From NCBI GenBank assembly GCA_013239625.1, contig MU054049.1, forward strand, positions 2,049,892 through 2,113,891: DNA of 64,000 nucleotides. The letters run 5' to 3'. A program made the position numbers and the translations under genes. Position 1 is the first letter of the stretch. The number at the start of each line of letters is the position of its first letter. Below the pieces are notes generated by a model. That model saw only the letters and a program-made list of their open reading frames with translations, was not told the origin of the DNA and did not search any database. Below, in pieces: positions 52,001 through 60,726 of the stretch. The DNA is from Lama guanicoe (lineage: Eukaryota).

Positions 52001-54901
52001 TTTGAGGTAATAAGACATAACAGCACATTTTTCCGTGCCTGGTTCTTTGTTGAAGAAAATACCTGATAGGCTTATGGGAACCACGGATTACATTAGACCT
52101 GTGTTGTGGCTGCCTGATACCTGCTTGCTTAGTCATTGCAGTTAGGTTCTCTTACCAGTAACTCTGAAACTTATTCAGAAGCAGTTTTCTGTTTTGTTTC
52201 TGGCCGTAGCCACTGACACAGGTCCTGATTTTTATAGTTTTTCTCAGGATGTGGCTGCAGTCTGCGTACATAAAATAGTGTATCTACAGCTCGCGTCTTT
52301 AACCTCTGGTTCTTGGGGAAACAGGCCCTGGCTGGAGCTGATTGATGCTCTAACCCAGGTAGTAGGGCCTTCGGGACATTCTTCAGGCAGATTTTGTTGA
52401 GCATCTAGGTATTGGAGCCACAAGCTGAACTAGGACCAATGTTCTGCTCCCCAGGGCTCTCAGGGAGAGGAATCGGAGACAGACAGGCAGCCTATAGATA
52501 ACATTTTCAGGGAGTGTTAAATGCCATGAAGAAAACAGCCCAGGGCAGTGGGCAGAGTGATGGGTTGGGGTGGGAAGTGCTCCTTCGGGTGGGACTGGTA
52601 GAGAAGGGATTCTGGTAGAGTCCACGTATGAGCCGGGACTAGAAGAATGAGAGGGACGGGGCCAGGCAGAGATCTGGAGTGACATGTTCCGCACAGAGGG
52701 CGGGTCACGTGGCTGTTCCAAAACACTGTGGCAGTTTGCCTTTCTACAGCTTGTTAAAATTAGTGTATGTAGTAAAAGAAAAAAAATTGGATTTAAAATT
52801 GTTTTGCTTTTTTTTTTTGGCTTACAAGGATGATATATTTGCTACAGAAGCAATTAAACCTTCACAAAAAACAAGAGAGAAGGAAAGAACATTTGAATCC
52901 AACTTGTTTGATGATAACATTGATATCTTTGCTGACCTAACTGTAAAACCCAAAGAAAAGTCCAAAAAGAAACTGGAAGCTAAGTCTATATTTGATGATG
53001 ATATGGGTAAGTTTGGAGTTTTACACATGACATAGTCATTACTGTTCAGTGACTTAATATTTCTTCTGCCACCTTTGTCTTGACCCTTTCCTGGAAAATG
53101 TGCCCCAGTGGAACCCAGTGGGTTTCCTTTGACCTGTTCTGTAATTCTGAGGTAGGCTGAGGGCGGATAAAGTAAATGGGATAGTTACTTTGGTGAAACA
53201 GCTTTTTGTTATGAACATCAGGGAGTTTGAAGGAGCCTAGAATTTTACTTTTCAGGTATAATTTCACTTTTATCTTAGTGTGCCACCTGCCAATCCTCAA
53301 TGATGAATCTGAACGCTGATACCATGAAAGGAGGATCAGAAGCTTCCCCACGTGCTAACGTAGGCTGAGGTGGCTGCCTTGGCCGTGATACAGTTCTCGC
53401 TGGAGAGTGGAAGTCAGTGGTTCAGAGAACAGAGGGGAAGTGCAGGAGGGGAGCAGGATGACATAGGAAGGCAGGCGGGAACTCAGACTTTGCCTCGCAC
53501 CAGAGATCTTCTGTGTTTGTAAACATGCTCATTTTCCCTCCATAGTATAACATCTGCTTTATTAATGGGCTTGCCGATGCCCCATGACTCTTAAATGTGA
53601 AGCTTCTGATATATCCTGTGTTGGTGCGTAGGACTTGGGCTGAGGCCAGATGTGAACTTCTGCCCCCTCCCCTCCTCTCTCCCGTTCTAGACCTTGCGGT
53701 TAACTGGGAGAAGGCTGCAGAGCCACACTGGGTCTACTCCCCAAGCAAGTATGCTCTGTCTCTACCCCGCTTCCCAGCACAGGGTACAAAAGAGAATTTA
53801 TTACAAAAAAAATGTGATACAGGTCTGTTGTAATAAATTAATACTATTCAGAAACTGTAATAAGTAGAAAGCAACCCCTGGAGGTAATAATTATTGAGAG
53901 TTTGGTGTGTACACTTTCAGACACAGTGATAGTAGTATGGGTTTGCATACATATAAGTATATTCTTATTTTTTTTCCCCCAAAATAAGAATATACTTTAC
54001 TGTTCTGCTATTCCTTTTGGTCGCAGTGTCTTCCCATGTCAGTACATAGAGATCTACTTCCTTGTCTTTAGTAGTGGTAAAGTGCTTTGTATTTAGCCAT
54101 TAGCCTTTTGAGGGTGATCTAGATTGTGTCTTATCTGTTACAAAGGATGCTATGGTCTTGAACATTTGTATATCTTTATGTACACGTGCTAAAATCTCTA
54201 TAGGATAGAATCCCAGCAGTAACATGACTGGGTTACTGTCATTACTAAGATGAGTCATGGGACTCTGGGGTCAGTGAAACACTGAACACAAGTGTAGTCA
54301 TAAAGACTTACATTCCTAACATTGAGATGCCTCAAATAGGTACATTTATTCTGAAAGACAGTGACCTGTGTGGGATTTCCCCTTGCTTATTTTTAGTGCC
54401 CTTTCCTGTTAAAATCCAGCGGGAAAAGAATGTACAAATAAGTATAGTGTCACAGATGAAGTCAGGGGCTCGATTGGAGAATCAGTTATCCTTCCCCTTT
54501 TTGTCTCATACACGTGTACACACATAGCTTTGTAGCTGTGAAATTATTCTCAGAGAGAAACTGTGACTTGTATGTGATCATAAAACGTAGTAGCGGAGGC
54601 AGGACCAGAATCTAAGAGGCTTGGCTTGACCATAGTGTTCTTTGGTATCCCATACTATTACCAGACTTGAGTCTTTGCTGGTTCGTGCAGATGTATCTTG
54701 AAAGCACACATTTTCTTGCCTATTCAGCAACTCTTTTTGTTTTTGTTTTTCCTTTTTAAAGATGATATCTTCTCCTCTGGTATCCAGGCTAAGACAACCA
54801 AACCAAAAAGTCGATCTTCACAGACAGTACCTGGACCAAGATCTGAACAGAAGGGGTCCAGCATATTTGATGATCCCTTGAATGCCTTTGGAGGCCAGTA
54901 A
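5978..54901 (+). CDS. WASHC2: WASH complex subunit 2 (FAM21), complete spliced CDS, 31 coding exons, 4023 nt / 1340 aa
   Basis: Exons joined by hand with GT-AG boundaries and consistent phase. The translation runs [10 protein letters not shown]...[35 protein letters not shown]... through many LF-acidic-LF repeats and the CPI motif to ...[12 protein letters not shown], colinear with human FAM21/WASHC2 as I recall it. No frameshifts or internal stops. Confidence 0.97.
6073..6195 (+). CDS. WASHC2: WASHC2 exon 2
   Basis: ctgcag|ATG...GGC|gtgaga; [41 protein letters not shown]. Confidence 0.96.
6986..7150 (+). CDS. WASHC2: WASHC2 exon 3
   Basis: aaatag|CTA...AAC|gtgagt; [11 protein letters not shown]...LSNTQFIEN. 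Confidence 0.97.
12626..12688 (+). CDS. WASHC2: WASHC2 exon 4
   Basis: atatag|CGC...CAG|gtactt; [21 protein letters not shown]. Confidence 0.96.
12915..13115. mobile_element. MER58-like hAT relic
   Basis: ctgtaaagggccaggtaataattgttttgtttgctggcc ... gggctgtagtttgtgag resembles the two ends of MER58; the middle is a pyrimidine-rich stretch. Confidence 0.55.
14767..14918 (+). mobile_element. tRNA-derived SINE (camelid vic-1-like), sense, intron 4
   Basis: GGGGTTGGGTATAGCTTAGTGGTAGAG...GGGTTCAATCCC, A-rich tail, degenerate TSD aaaaatgttaatactg / aaaattgttaatgctg. Confidence 0.9.
15411..15584 (+). CDS. WASHC2: WASHC2 exon 5
   Basis: ttgtag|GAG...AAG|gtaaag; [19 protein letters not shown]...VELILEPK. 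Confidence 0.97.
17139..17232 (+). CDS. WASHC2: WASHC2 exon 6
   Basis: ttgcag|GAT...G|gtactc; [31 protein letters not shown]. Confidence 0.97.
17270..18390 (-). mobile_element. Old L1M(C)-type 3' region, antisense, interrupted by a Tigger element
   Basis: cccacataccctttaccc...ttgttaacattt...; resumes after the Tigger with tgtgtattttctaaaaataagaacattctctta; boundaries approximate. Confidence 0.55.
17463..17804. mobile_element. MER2/Tigger-family non-autonomous TcMar DNA transposon
   Basis: Termini cagttggc... and ...gggcaactg form inverted ends, preceded by TA; internal catagcatttacattgtatt and attaggtattgtaagtaa typical of the family. Confidence 0.8.
18570..18631 (+). CDS. WASHC2: WASHC2 exon 7
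   Basis: aaccag|AA GGT...GAG|gtaagt; (E)[20 protein letters not shown]. Confidence 0.94.
19861..19908 (+). CDS. WASHC2: WASHC2 exon 8
   Basis: ttaaag|GAG...CAG|gtaaga; [16 protein letters not shown]. Confidence 0.95.
21670..21780 (+). CDS. WASHC2: WASHC2 exon 9
   Basis: ccttag|CAC...CCT|gtaaga; [37 protein letters not shown]. Confidence 0.94.
22348..22435 (+). CDS. WASHC2: WASHC2 exon 10
   Basis: ctgtag|AAA...G|gtgcgt; [29 protein letters not shown]. Confidence 0.96.
23075..23146 (+). CDS. WASHC2: WASHC2 exon 11
   Basis: ttcaag|CC...G|gtacgc; (A)[23 protein letters not shown]; alternative in-frame start at 23087. Confidence 0.88.
23861..23979 (+). CDS. WASHC2: WASHC2 exon 12
   Basis: tgccag|AT...GAG|gtgagt; (D)[39 protein letters not shown]. 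Confidence 0.97.
24458..24515 (+). CDS. WASHC2: WASHC2 exon 13
   Basis: gagcag|AGC...G|gtgagc; [19 protein letters not shown]. Confidence 0.94.
24980..25132 (-). mobile_element. tRNA-derived SINE (camelid vic-1-like), antisense, intron 13
   Basis: T-rich tail followed by ggaggtactggggattgaacccag...cacttgagctatactctcccc, the reverse complement of the head seen at 3169. Confidence 0.9.
25727..25786 (+). CDS. WASHC2: WASHC2 exon 14
   Basis: ttttag|CA...G|gtatca; (A)[19 protein letters not shown]. Confidence 0.95.
   Translation, partial: HLHPPNLERKSQQEPSLCS
26174..26347 (+). CDS. WASHC2: WASHC2 exon 15
   Basis: ccacag|GG GAC...G|gtactg; (G)[15 protein letters not shown]...[23 protein letters not shown]. 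Confidence 0.93.
26660..26819 (-). mobile_element. tRNA-derived SINE (camelid vic-1-like), antisense, intron 15
   Basis: Antisense head ...gaacccaggacc...gagctataccctccccc; TSD tgattaccgaggcagtttt (26641-26659) / tgattacagaggaagtttt (26820-26838). Confidence 0.92.
27050..27215. mobile_element. MER5-like hAT relic
   Basis: aaatgcacattctgattcagcaggtgtgaggtggggcc...catttctaacaggcttcc...ttgctggtcc. Confidence 0.7.
28023..28147 (-). mobile_element. tRNA-derived SINE (camelid vic-1-like), antisense, intron 15
   Basis: gaggtactggggactgaacccaggacc...ctctaccactgagcta; TSD tagttttacttttt / tagtttgacttttt. Confidence 0.88.
28522..28649 (+). CDS. WASHC2: WASHC2 exon 16
   Basis: ttaaag|AC...AAG|gtgagc; (D)[20 protein letters not shown]...KARPEKK. 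Confidence 0.96.
29705..29791 (+). CDS. WASHC2: WASHC2 exon 17
   Basis: ccaaag|GTT...GAG|gtaagg; [29 protein letters not shown]. Confidence 0.95.
30440..30697. mobile_element. Internally deleted Tigger1-derived element
   Basis: ttaattaaaaatactttattgctaaa...catcatctgagccttca joined to aagtgagca...tgctgttggaaaaatgg...tgtgaagcacaataaaatgaggtatgtctg (Tigger1 terminus). Confidence 0.75.
30715..30865. mobile_element. MLT1-type MaLR LTR fragment
   Basis: tgtcacttctgccacgttctgtggg...gcagtcac...gcccaggttcaagggcagggg...aaaaccacca. Confidence 0.6.
32158..32259 (+). CDS. WASHC2: WASHC2 exon 18
   Basis: caacag|GAT...GAG|gtaagc; [34 protein letters not shown]. Confidence 0.96.
33819..33950 (+). CDS. WASHC2: WASHC2 exon 19
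   Basis: ttctag|GAC...GAG|gtgggt; [12 protein letters not shown]...[14 protein letters not shown]. Confidence 0.96.
34400..34565 (-). mobile_element. tRNA-derived SINE (camelid vic-1-like), antisense, intron 19
   Basis: ggaggtactggggattgaacatagg...cttgagctataccctccccc with an upstream T-rich tail. Confidence 0.9.
35891..36060 (+). CDS. WASHC2: WASHC2 exon 20
   Basis: tttaag|GAC...AG|gtgaga; DQWNITNSQ...[20 protein letters not shown](S). Confidence 0.96.
36253..36520 (-). mobile_element. Young 5'-truncated L1 3' end, antisense
   Basis: ttttttattgaattatagtcagtttacaatgttgtg...ttccctgcactatacagtataaacttg...atcccttccc; flanked by the approximate TSD ctggaaattttttttattat / ctggaaatgtttttcatcat. 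Confidence 0.85.
37013..37043. repeat. (TA)n microsatellite followed by a T run
   Basis: tatatatatatatatatatatatttttttt read directly. Confidence 0.9.
37285..37510. mobile_element. MIR SINE relic
   Basis: ccttggacaagttatgtaacctctctgggtctgagttttctcatctggtaaac...cataggatcattgagaggattaaatg. Confidence 0.8.
38075..38760 (+). mobile_element. L1MB/MC-type 3' end
   Basis: gaggatgtggaggaattgg...ctcatacactgctggtgg...aaagaagccagtcacagaagacc...gtgaatatgctgaaaaccactgaattgtacac...A run. Confidence 0.85.
40650..40752 (+). CDS. WASHC2: WASHC2 exon 21
   Basis: gtgtag|C CAA...ACG|gtattc; [34 protein letters not shown]. Confidence 0.94.
41975..42105 (-). mobile_element. tRNA-derived SINE (camelid vic-1-like), antisense, intron 21
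   Basis: tggaggtactggggattgaacccaggacctcgtgcatg...ctctaccactgagctataccctcccc. Confidence 0.92.
42773..42931 (+). CDS. WASHC2: WASHC2 exon 22
   Basis: tgatag|AAA...ACG|gtagcc; [27 protein letters not shown]...[10 protein letters not shown]. Confidence 0.92.
43255..43423 (-). mobile_element. tRNA-derived SINE (camelid vic-1-like), antisense, with an internal 17-bp duplication
   Basis: TSD ctgtctcatctcgttttt (43237-43254) / ctgtctcatctcattttt (43424-43441); gggattgaacccagg is the antisense B box. Confidence 0.92.
44796..44978 (+). CDS. WASHC2: WASHC2 exon 23
   Basis: tagcag|GAA...AAG|gtgaga; [18 protein letters not shown]...[11 protein letters not shown]...KEVGK; a NAGNAG acceptor allows a start at 44793. 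Confidence 0.93.
45071..46070 (+). mobile_element. L1MB-type 3' fragment with an inverted 5' piece (45071 to about 45131) and a nested younger L1 piece
   Basis: ggtgaggatgtggagaaactggaaccctca...cagatgtccatcagctgatgaatggataaac...tggtatgtgaatttttctctcaataaaggtgttaaaaaaaa. Confidence 0.88.
45459..45718 (+). mobile_element. Younger L1 3'-region fragment nested inside the L1MB
   Basis: ggacctagagatcgtcattctaagtgaagtaagccagaaagagaaag...catctacaaaacagaaacagactc; flanked by aaaagaat repeats (45451-45458 / 45719-45726); the host L1 reads through when it is removed. Confidence 0.85.
47100..47228 (+). CDS. WASHC2: WASHC2 exon 24
   Basis: tcctag|AGT...AGG|gtcagt; [43 protein letters not shown]. Confidence 0.96.
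47363..47443 (+). CDS. WASHC2: WASHC2 exon 25
   Basis: gtctag|TTG...TTG|gtacca; [27 protein letters not shown]. Confidence 0.95.
48020..48142 (+). CDS. WASHC2: WASHC2 exon 26
   Basis: ttgaag|ATA...CAG|gttaga; [25 protein letters not shown]...GIWKLETPQ. Confidence 0.94.
49116..49178 (+). CDS. WASHC2: WASHC2 exon 27
   Basis: acacag|GAC...CAA|gtaatt; [21 protein letters not shown]. Confidence 0.93.
49529..49741 (+). CDS. WASHC2: WASHC2 exon 28 (CapZIP-like region, first half of the CPI motif)
   Basis: tttcag|GCA...AAG|gtgaga; [12 protein letters not shown]...[18 protein letters not shown]. Confidence 0.97.
51389..52006 (+). CDS. WASHC2: WASHC2 exon 29 (second half of the CPI motif plus LFa repeats)
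   Basis: ttgcag|AGC...GAG|gtaata; [24 protein letters not shown]...[13 protein letters not shown]...TEDIFE. Confidence 0.97.
52829..53006 (+). CDS. WASHC2: WASHC2 exon 30
   Basis: tacaag|GAT...G|gtaagt; [14 protein letters not shown]...[10 protein letters not shown]...KSIFDDDM. Confidence 0.97.
54762..54901 (+). CDS. WASHC2: WASHC2 exon 31, coding part including the TAA stop
   Basis: ttaaag|AT GAT ATC...; (D)[15 protein letters not shown]...[13 protein letters not shown]. Confidence 0.97.
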
Positions 54902-55062
54902 CGTGTACAGGGTATCTTTCAGCTACATCCTTGAGTTAATGATGCTGTCTTGAGTGCTCATTGTCTTAACTGGATTATAAAAAGCAAATACTGAAACAGT
55001 TACCCAACTTACTTAGTATTTTTCTGTACTAGTTTTAATCATGCTTAATACTGCAAAACAAA

Positions 55063-55068
55063 AATAAA
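55063..55068 (+). terminator. WASHC2: Likely WASHC2 polyadenylation signal
   Basis: First AATAAA after the stop codon (about 160 nt), followed by a GT/T-rich downstream element (gtgttttgttactgtttttttt). Confidence 0.8.
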
Positions 55069-55393
55069 TGTTTCACAGTGTTTTGTTACTGTTTTTTTTA
55101 ACCATATTTTGATTTGTTAACCCTTGGTAGGGCTATAATTTAAGGCATATTAGAGAAGAAACCTATTTATGCCTTTCATGGGTGGGCAGGGACTCTCAGA
55201 GGTAGCAAATGCCAAACAGATGACCAGGAGTCTTCCCTACATGTACTTGTATGGGAGCCCTAGCTTAGTCAGAGCCTGGGCACTTGATAGAGGAAGAGGA
55301 TGAAAGATTATATACTTCATGAGTCTTTGCAGTTGGAGAGATTTCTTCTCATTCCACTGAATTCTGAAGATGTCTGTACAGGTCCACTAAAGC

Positions 55394-55605
55394 AAGGTTT
55401 GGCAAACTATGGCCCTCTACTGTTTGTCTTTGTAAATAAAGTTTTATTGGAAGGCAACTGTACCCATTCATTTACATATTGTCTTTGGCTGTTTTCACCC
55501 TACCTGCAATGCCAGAATCGAGTAGTTACAGCAGAGACTGGATGGGCCACAAAGTCTAAGATATTTTCTATGTGGCTCTTTACAGAAACAATTTGCTGAC
55601 CCTAG
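55394..55605. mobile_element. MER58A-like hAT relic
   Basis: ggcaaactatggcc...tttgtaaataaagttttattggaa...cattcatttacatattgtct...tttacagaaacaatttgctgaccc. Confidence 0.85.
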
Positions 55606-55800
55606 CCCTGAGGCATTCATTTCCATTCCTTGGAGCTTAGCATCATTTTGTGAAAGAAGCAGAATGAAGCCAGATAATGGTGGGGAGAAGTGCTGAGGAT
55701 AGAAATGTCAGTTCTAGAGCAGCACGGTTCCAGAGATATCTGTATTGATGGGAATGTTCTGTAACTGTCGTAGATTGTGGTTGGCTGGCCCCCCCCCCCC

Positions 55801-55841
55801 NNNNNNNNNNNNNNNNNNNNNNNNNNNNNNNNNNNNNNNNN
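55801..55841. other. Assembly gap (41 N) after a poly-C run
   Basis: N run seen directly. Confidence 1.
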
Positions 55842-57679
55842 GGCTAGTCTGTTCTTCTGTGCCATCTTGGTCATGAGCATTCAGTCTATAACCATGGCAC
55901 AATCTTGTAGACGTCCCAGTTGGCTTCAGCAGTTCTGAAGCCACTGACTTCTTCCTTGGGTACTTCTAAGATTGAATTGGGAATTACTCATATTCAAAGG
56001 TTTTGTACAGCTGTTTGCCCTGCTCTGCTATGAGAATGACCCATTAGCAGAAGAGGGTGCTTAGTAGTTGCCAGTTCCTTTTCCCCATCCCTTTTGTACA
56101 CCCTTCTTCCATCCCTTAGGTTACTTGTGTGCAGGGTTTCCGGTTCTGTGTCTGAGCCCAGTGTGGGATCTGACTTAGTAAGCGTTTGTTAAACATGTTT
56201 TTCTTTTGGAACGATCAGATCTGCTCATCCATCATTCCAGGGAATTCAGGAGACAGTAGAGTTAGAAAATATGCAAATTGCTATTTTGAGAGGCTTGAAA
56301 GGGGGAAGGAACCTAACACTCACTGGTCCGATCAAGGTAGGCACTTTTCCTGTTATTTTATTCAGTAACAATAACTACCAGATAGGTAATGTCCTCACTC
56401 CACAGATGAGGCTAAAATTTGGAAGCAGAGAAGAATAGTGGAACAAATTTGGATTTTTGTATTGAGACTTAGATTTAAATCTGGTTCTCCCACTTAGAGT
56501 GTAGTCAAGTTGTTTTATCTGGCACTTGAAAAATGGTGGATGCTAACAAGAATGAATGATTTGGCCAGGGCAGAGCTTCCTGTTTTGGAACGCAGGGTTT
56601 TAAGTTCATCTGCCTGACTCCAAAATTCATTCTCTCAGTTCTTCTTAAGAGGGGAGGCAGCTTTAGAAACTAAGGTTTTGATTTCAGTAAGATTCATTCC
56701 ATCCTCGGGCACTATTTTGAGTATGATATACAAAGATAATCATCTCTCTGTCCTTCAAGGGCTCCAATCTATTCTATGTTAGAGTTTAAGAAGGAGCCAG
56801 GGGCGACAGAGCCTGAAGATGAATGAAAGCCCAGGGCTGCCTCATAAACCCCAGTGTGTGCTAGTTTTTTGAATCATGGAGATAAGTTGGTGGGTGGGGG
56901 TCTCATAGAAGCAAGAGAAAGGACAGGTGATGGACATTAGGTGTTAGAGTTCATTTTAGACCGGTTTCTCCGAGTCACAGATGAGGGTGAATTAAGCTGC
57001 AGTGAGGTGACTGTTCATTATCAGTTAAGTAATTCACCTAGTGGTGTAGTAGGCAAGTTAGTTTGGAAATCCTTAAGGGTTGGATTTAGATTGCCTGTGG
57101 GAAAGAGAAAAGCAGCAGTGGGGTACACGTCAGGCTGGAAGGTGTGTGTTGTCTGTTACGGTGTACACCCAAGCTCGGCAGTTTGCGAATTAGAGCAAAA
57201 AAAATTAAAAAGTGGATGGGCATACCCGAGTCTGGGGTTTTACCCGCTCAGTTTCAACTCATCAATTCTCAGTACATTGGAAGAGGGATAAATGGGTAGG
57301 ACCTATAGAGCTTGTCTGCTTTCGCCCTTTTTTTCAACCAGGCATGGCAATGGCCCAATATTTCAGATGAGGTCGGTGTGGCCAGAAACGTTAGGGAAGA
57401 GCAGGAAGGGTGGTCGGCTTCAGGCTGGCCGGCCCGGACTGCACTGGAAATGCACACGCCCTGGGAAGGCCATCGACTGGGACTCTTCCCCAGCACGCTG
57501 GCACCTCTGTGAGCACCTTAGGTTGGTCTCAGTGAAGGTGCTGTCCACACATTCGTCCGGCCAGAGGCCAACCCCACCGTTCCCAGAAGTCTGTGCGACT
57601 GGCCTCCAGGCTGCCCGCTTCGGCCCTAGTCAGGTGGCCACTGTTAGTAATAAAAGATTAACATCCGGGCCTCTCTTAA

Positions 57680-58270
57680 CCGACAACCACCACCGAACGC
57701 GAAGGAAGCCCGGGCTCCCGAGCAACCGCTGGCGTCCGGCGGCAAGGCCCCGCCCCCTGGCCTCCTCCTCGCTGATTGGAGGGCGACGTGAGTGTCGGCG
57801 AGCGATTGGTACGCGGTGTCACAAGGGGGCGGGGGCGCGGCGGCGGCGGAGCGTTGCTCTTCTGTGCGGACCGCGGCGTCGCTCGCGGGGCCGCGCCTCC
57901 CTACAGGCCTGCGGGCCGGCGAGCGAGTGGACGAGAGCCGGTGAGGGCGAGCGGGCGGATGGGGAGGGCGCCCGGGACCGCGGGCCGCTGAGCCGGGCGG
58001 CGCTGCCGTCGCCGGTCTCCCGGCGCAGGGCAGCCGGGCCGCGCCTCCTCTGCCGCCGCTGCCCCTAGACCGGCGTGGCGGGCCGCCCTCGCCGAGCACA
58101 CAGCCTCCACTTTGCGTCTCTCCGCGAGCGCGACCTGGGCTGCGCGGTCCTGCCCCGCAGGTGCGGTCTCGGAGTCGCGGATTCTGACGCGGAGCCTGAC
58201 CGCTGCCCTTTGCATCAGGCCCGTGCGTCTGGTGGCCGGAGTTTATCCTGGAGGAACATGGGCTGCACAG
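57680..58270 (+). promoter_or_regulatory. CpG-island promoter and probable non-coding first exon of the next gene (probably ZFAND4)
   Basis: CpG-dense; GC boxes near 57748 and 57826; inverted CCAAT boxes at 57775 and 57805; candidate donor CCG|gtgagg at 57941. Gene identity rests only on the recalled order Washc2-Zfand4-Marchf8 in non-primate mammals. Confidence 0.75.
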
Positions 58271-60169
58271 GTGACTCAGCCGTCTTCAAGTGTTTGTATG
58301 TTGACGGCTCGAGGAGACGTAGGTCCTCAGGATTTACCAGTCCCACTAGAAAATTGATTCCAGGCTAGAGTTTAGGGTACAGGTGCTTGATGTAGTGGAT
58401 ATAATTCTGAAGCTTGTATTTAAGTACAAGGGATAGGGGATATTGCCAGACATTAATGAAAGCAATTCATTAAAAGTGTTTTTAATTGCTGCATAACATG
58501 CTGGATCTCTTTATGTTGGGGGAACAGTTTAAAAGAACTGCTCTTATATGGCTAATATTCTTTAGAACGGATTCCGAGTCACTGAAATTATTCAGCACTG
58601 CTATTGCATTACCAATCTTTGGCTTCTCTTTCATCTTTGGTTGTTGTGTCTTAAGTACTTTTTCGGAAGAGATGAGAAAAGTGTTTTGGGAATTGATTTA
58701 GAAATGTTTTTTGACGCCATTACTATTAATAGCTAAGTATGTGTTTTTAAATTGTTGGTAAAAATTCTAGACGTACTTTTCCCTCGACCTGCCTTCTTTC
58801 TTTCCTCTCCCTTTTGTATTTTTTAGCTGTCCTTGTAGCAGTTCCCATCCTGTTCTTCTTTGCCCCTCGTTTTCCAACATCATAGTTTCCATAATATGTT
58901 CAGTCCAGCATGATCACACACAACTTTCAGAAGCTGTCCATAGACCCCACTTTTAATACGGGCTAGGCCTACTGGAGCTTCCATTTGCTCCTGTCATCCT
59001 CTGGTCCTCCAGTCTAGCATCACCAGATTTCATAGCCTCATTTGTCCTCTGTTACAGTGATTTCTCCTGCTGAGGAGCAGTGCAGTTGTTTCCTAGAACA
59101 ATACATTTTGATTTTGAATTTGGTTACCAAGTCTTGCTTCTTTTTGGAAATTGAATATTAATTCCATTGATTTGGGCCCAAATTAATGGTGAGTGGCCAG
59201 TGCCATTAGTGCTGTACTAGGTTGCTTTTTGTCTTTTAGCCCATAGTTACTTTATCCATTCTCATTGTAGATGAAGGATTTCCAAACCTGTCTTTATGTT
59301 ACTATCCCCCACAACTTGTTTATTATATTCAGGGTATTGCTGTTGAATAGTACTGTGGTGAAAGAAATGCTTCTTATATCTGCTGTCTCTAAATTCCTTG
59401 GGCAGGCACTAGTCCCCCATGCCTTTATTTCTGTAACATTTATTTCAGCATTCCTGACTCCTGACCTCTGTTGCTAGAGCTCCTACTGTGTAGATAGGAG
59501 TGCTGTTGGCTTTGGGGGAACAGACACTGATAATTCTGTAGTACATTCTTATTTGATATAGCGTAAGTATGTTCTTAAGAATTCACATGTTTATCCAGAA
59601 TCGTATTTAAAAAGCAGTTGTTCCTGTGAAGTGGGAAAAGGGATTAGTGGTTACCTGCAGGCATTTCAATGTATTAAAGATACAAGGAACAAAATCTGAG
59701 CAATACAGCCATTTATTTGGCTTTTACTTAAAAGTAATGGGTTTTTTTTACCACTTTCACCAGCAGTATTATTAGCACATTACTTTGTGTTACTATGTTA
59801 ATTACTCCTTATTTTGATAAAAAGTGTAACAGCACTGCTGCCAGCAACAGTTTTTCTTCCTGTGATGCCATCTCTTCAGGGCCATTAGCAGTCTGCGCAG
59901 TACGATTCAGGTTCCCTAATTAATTAATTACACTTCCAACTGGTCTTATAAAAATTCACCGTGGCAGAAATCTCTGTATGTGCATGTATGTGTTATGAGT
60001 TGAGCAAACTTCGATGGAGTTAGTTTGGAGTGAATAATAAAATGGTTCCCATGGGAAACCAACATTCCTCCAAACAAACTTGCAGTATAACCAAACATTT
60101 CTTAATCTCTGAAACAGAGTAATGCCTTACCTGTATCACGGGTTTGCTCTAAGAATCATTTGAGATAGT

Positions 60170-60720
60170 GAATATTATTTACTCTTTCATTGAACAAGCC
60201 TTTAATAAGTACCAATATGTACAAAACACTGCCAGGTGACGGGACGGTAAATCAGATGTTGCCCTTCCCTCAAGTAGCTTACGGTTTAGTAGAGTATGAA
60301 AGCCACGTTAAAAATGAAATTGATTGTAATGGCTGAAATACAGGATGGAGGTTGGGTGCAAATGAGAATAACCATAAAAGGCTTTGTGGAATAGTTGCTA
60401 TTTGAGCTGCATCTTGAAAGATGATTAGGTGCACCTGATAGCCAAGTGTGGGAATGGTGGTAAGCAGAGCAAAGTAGGAGCAACGATAGAGCAGCCGAGT
60501 TCTGAAGCTGCAGGTGAAAGTGATTAGAGGATGAGGGTACCAGAGATGTTGCAGGATGGGATGAGGTATGTGTATAAATAAAATGGGGCTGGAAGGTGAG
60601 ATGCATGGTCTTAGGAGCCTTTCTAAGGAGTCGTAATTTTATTCTATAGACAGTGGGAAGTCACTGGGGGCCTTGAGCTAAGAAATTACATGATCAGTTC
60701 TATATTTAAAAAAGATAACT
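60170..60720. mobile_element. L2 relic, left part
   Basis: tcattgaacaagcctttaataagtacc...tttgagctgcatcttgaaagatga...ttttattctatagacagtgggaagtcactgg...catgatcag. Confidence 0.65.
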
Positions 60721-60726
60721 GCTCCA

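Noticed and set aside
51429..52010. Alternate-frame and antisense ORFs overlapping exon 29
   Set aside because: Shadow ORFs of a long coding exon, with no independent evidence.
55789..55841. Poly-C run next to the N gap
   Set aside because: Sequence at a gap edge is unreliable, so no biological inference was drawn.
57292..58368. 258-aa and other ORFs across the second CpG island
   Set aside because: Arg/Ala/Gly/Pro-rich products typical of CpG islands, with no ubiquitin-like or AN1 zinc-finger sequence; not called as CDS.
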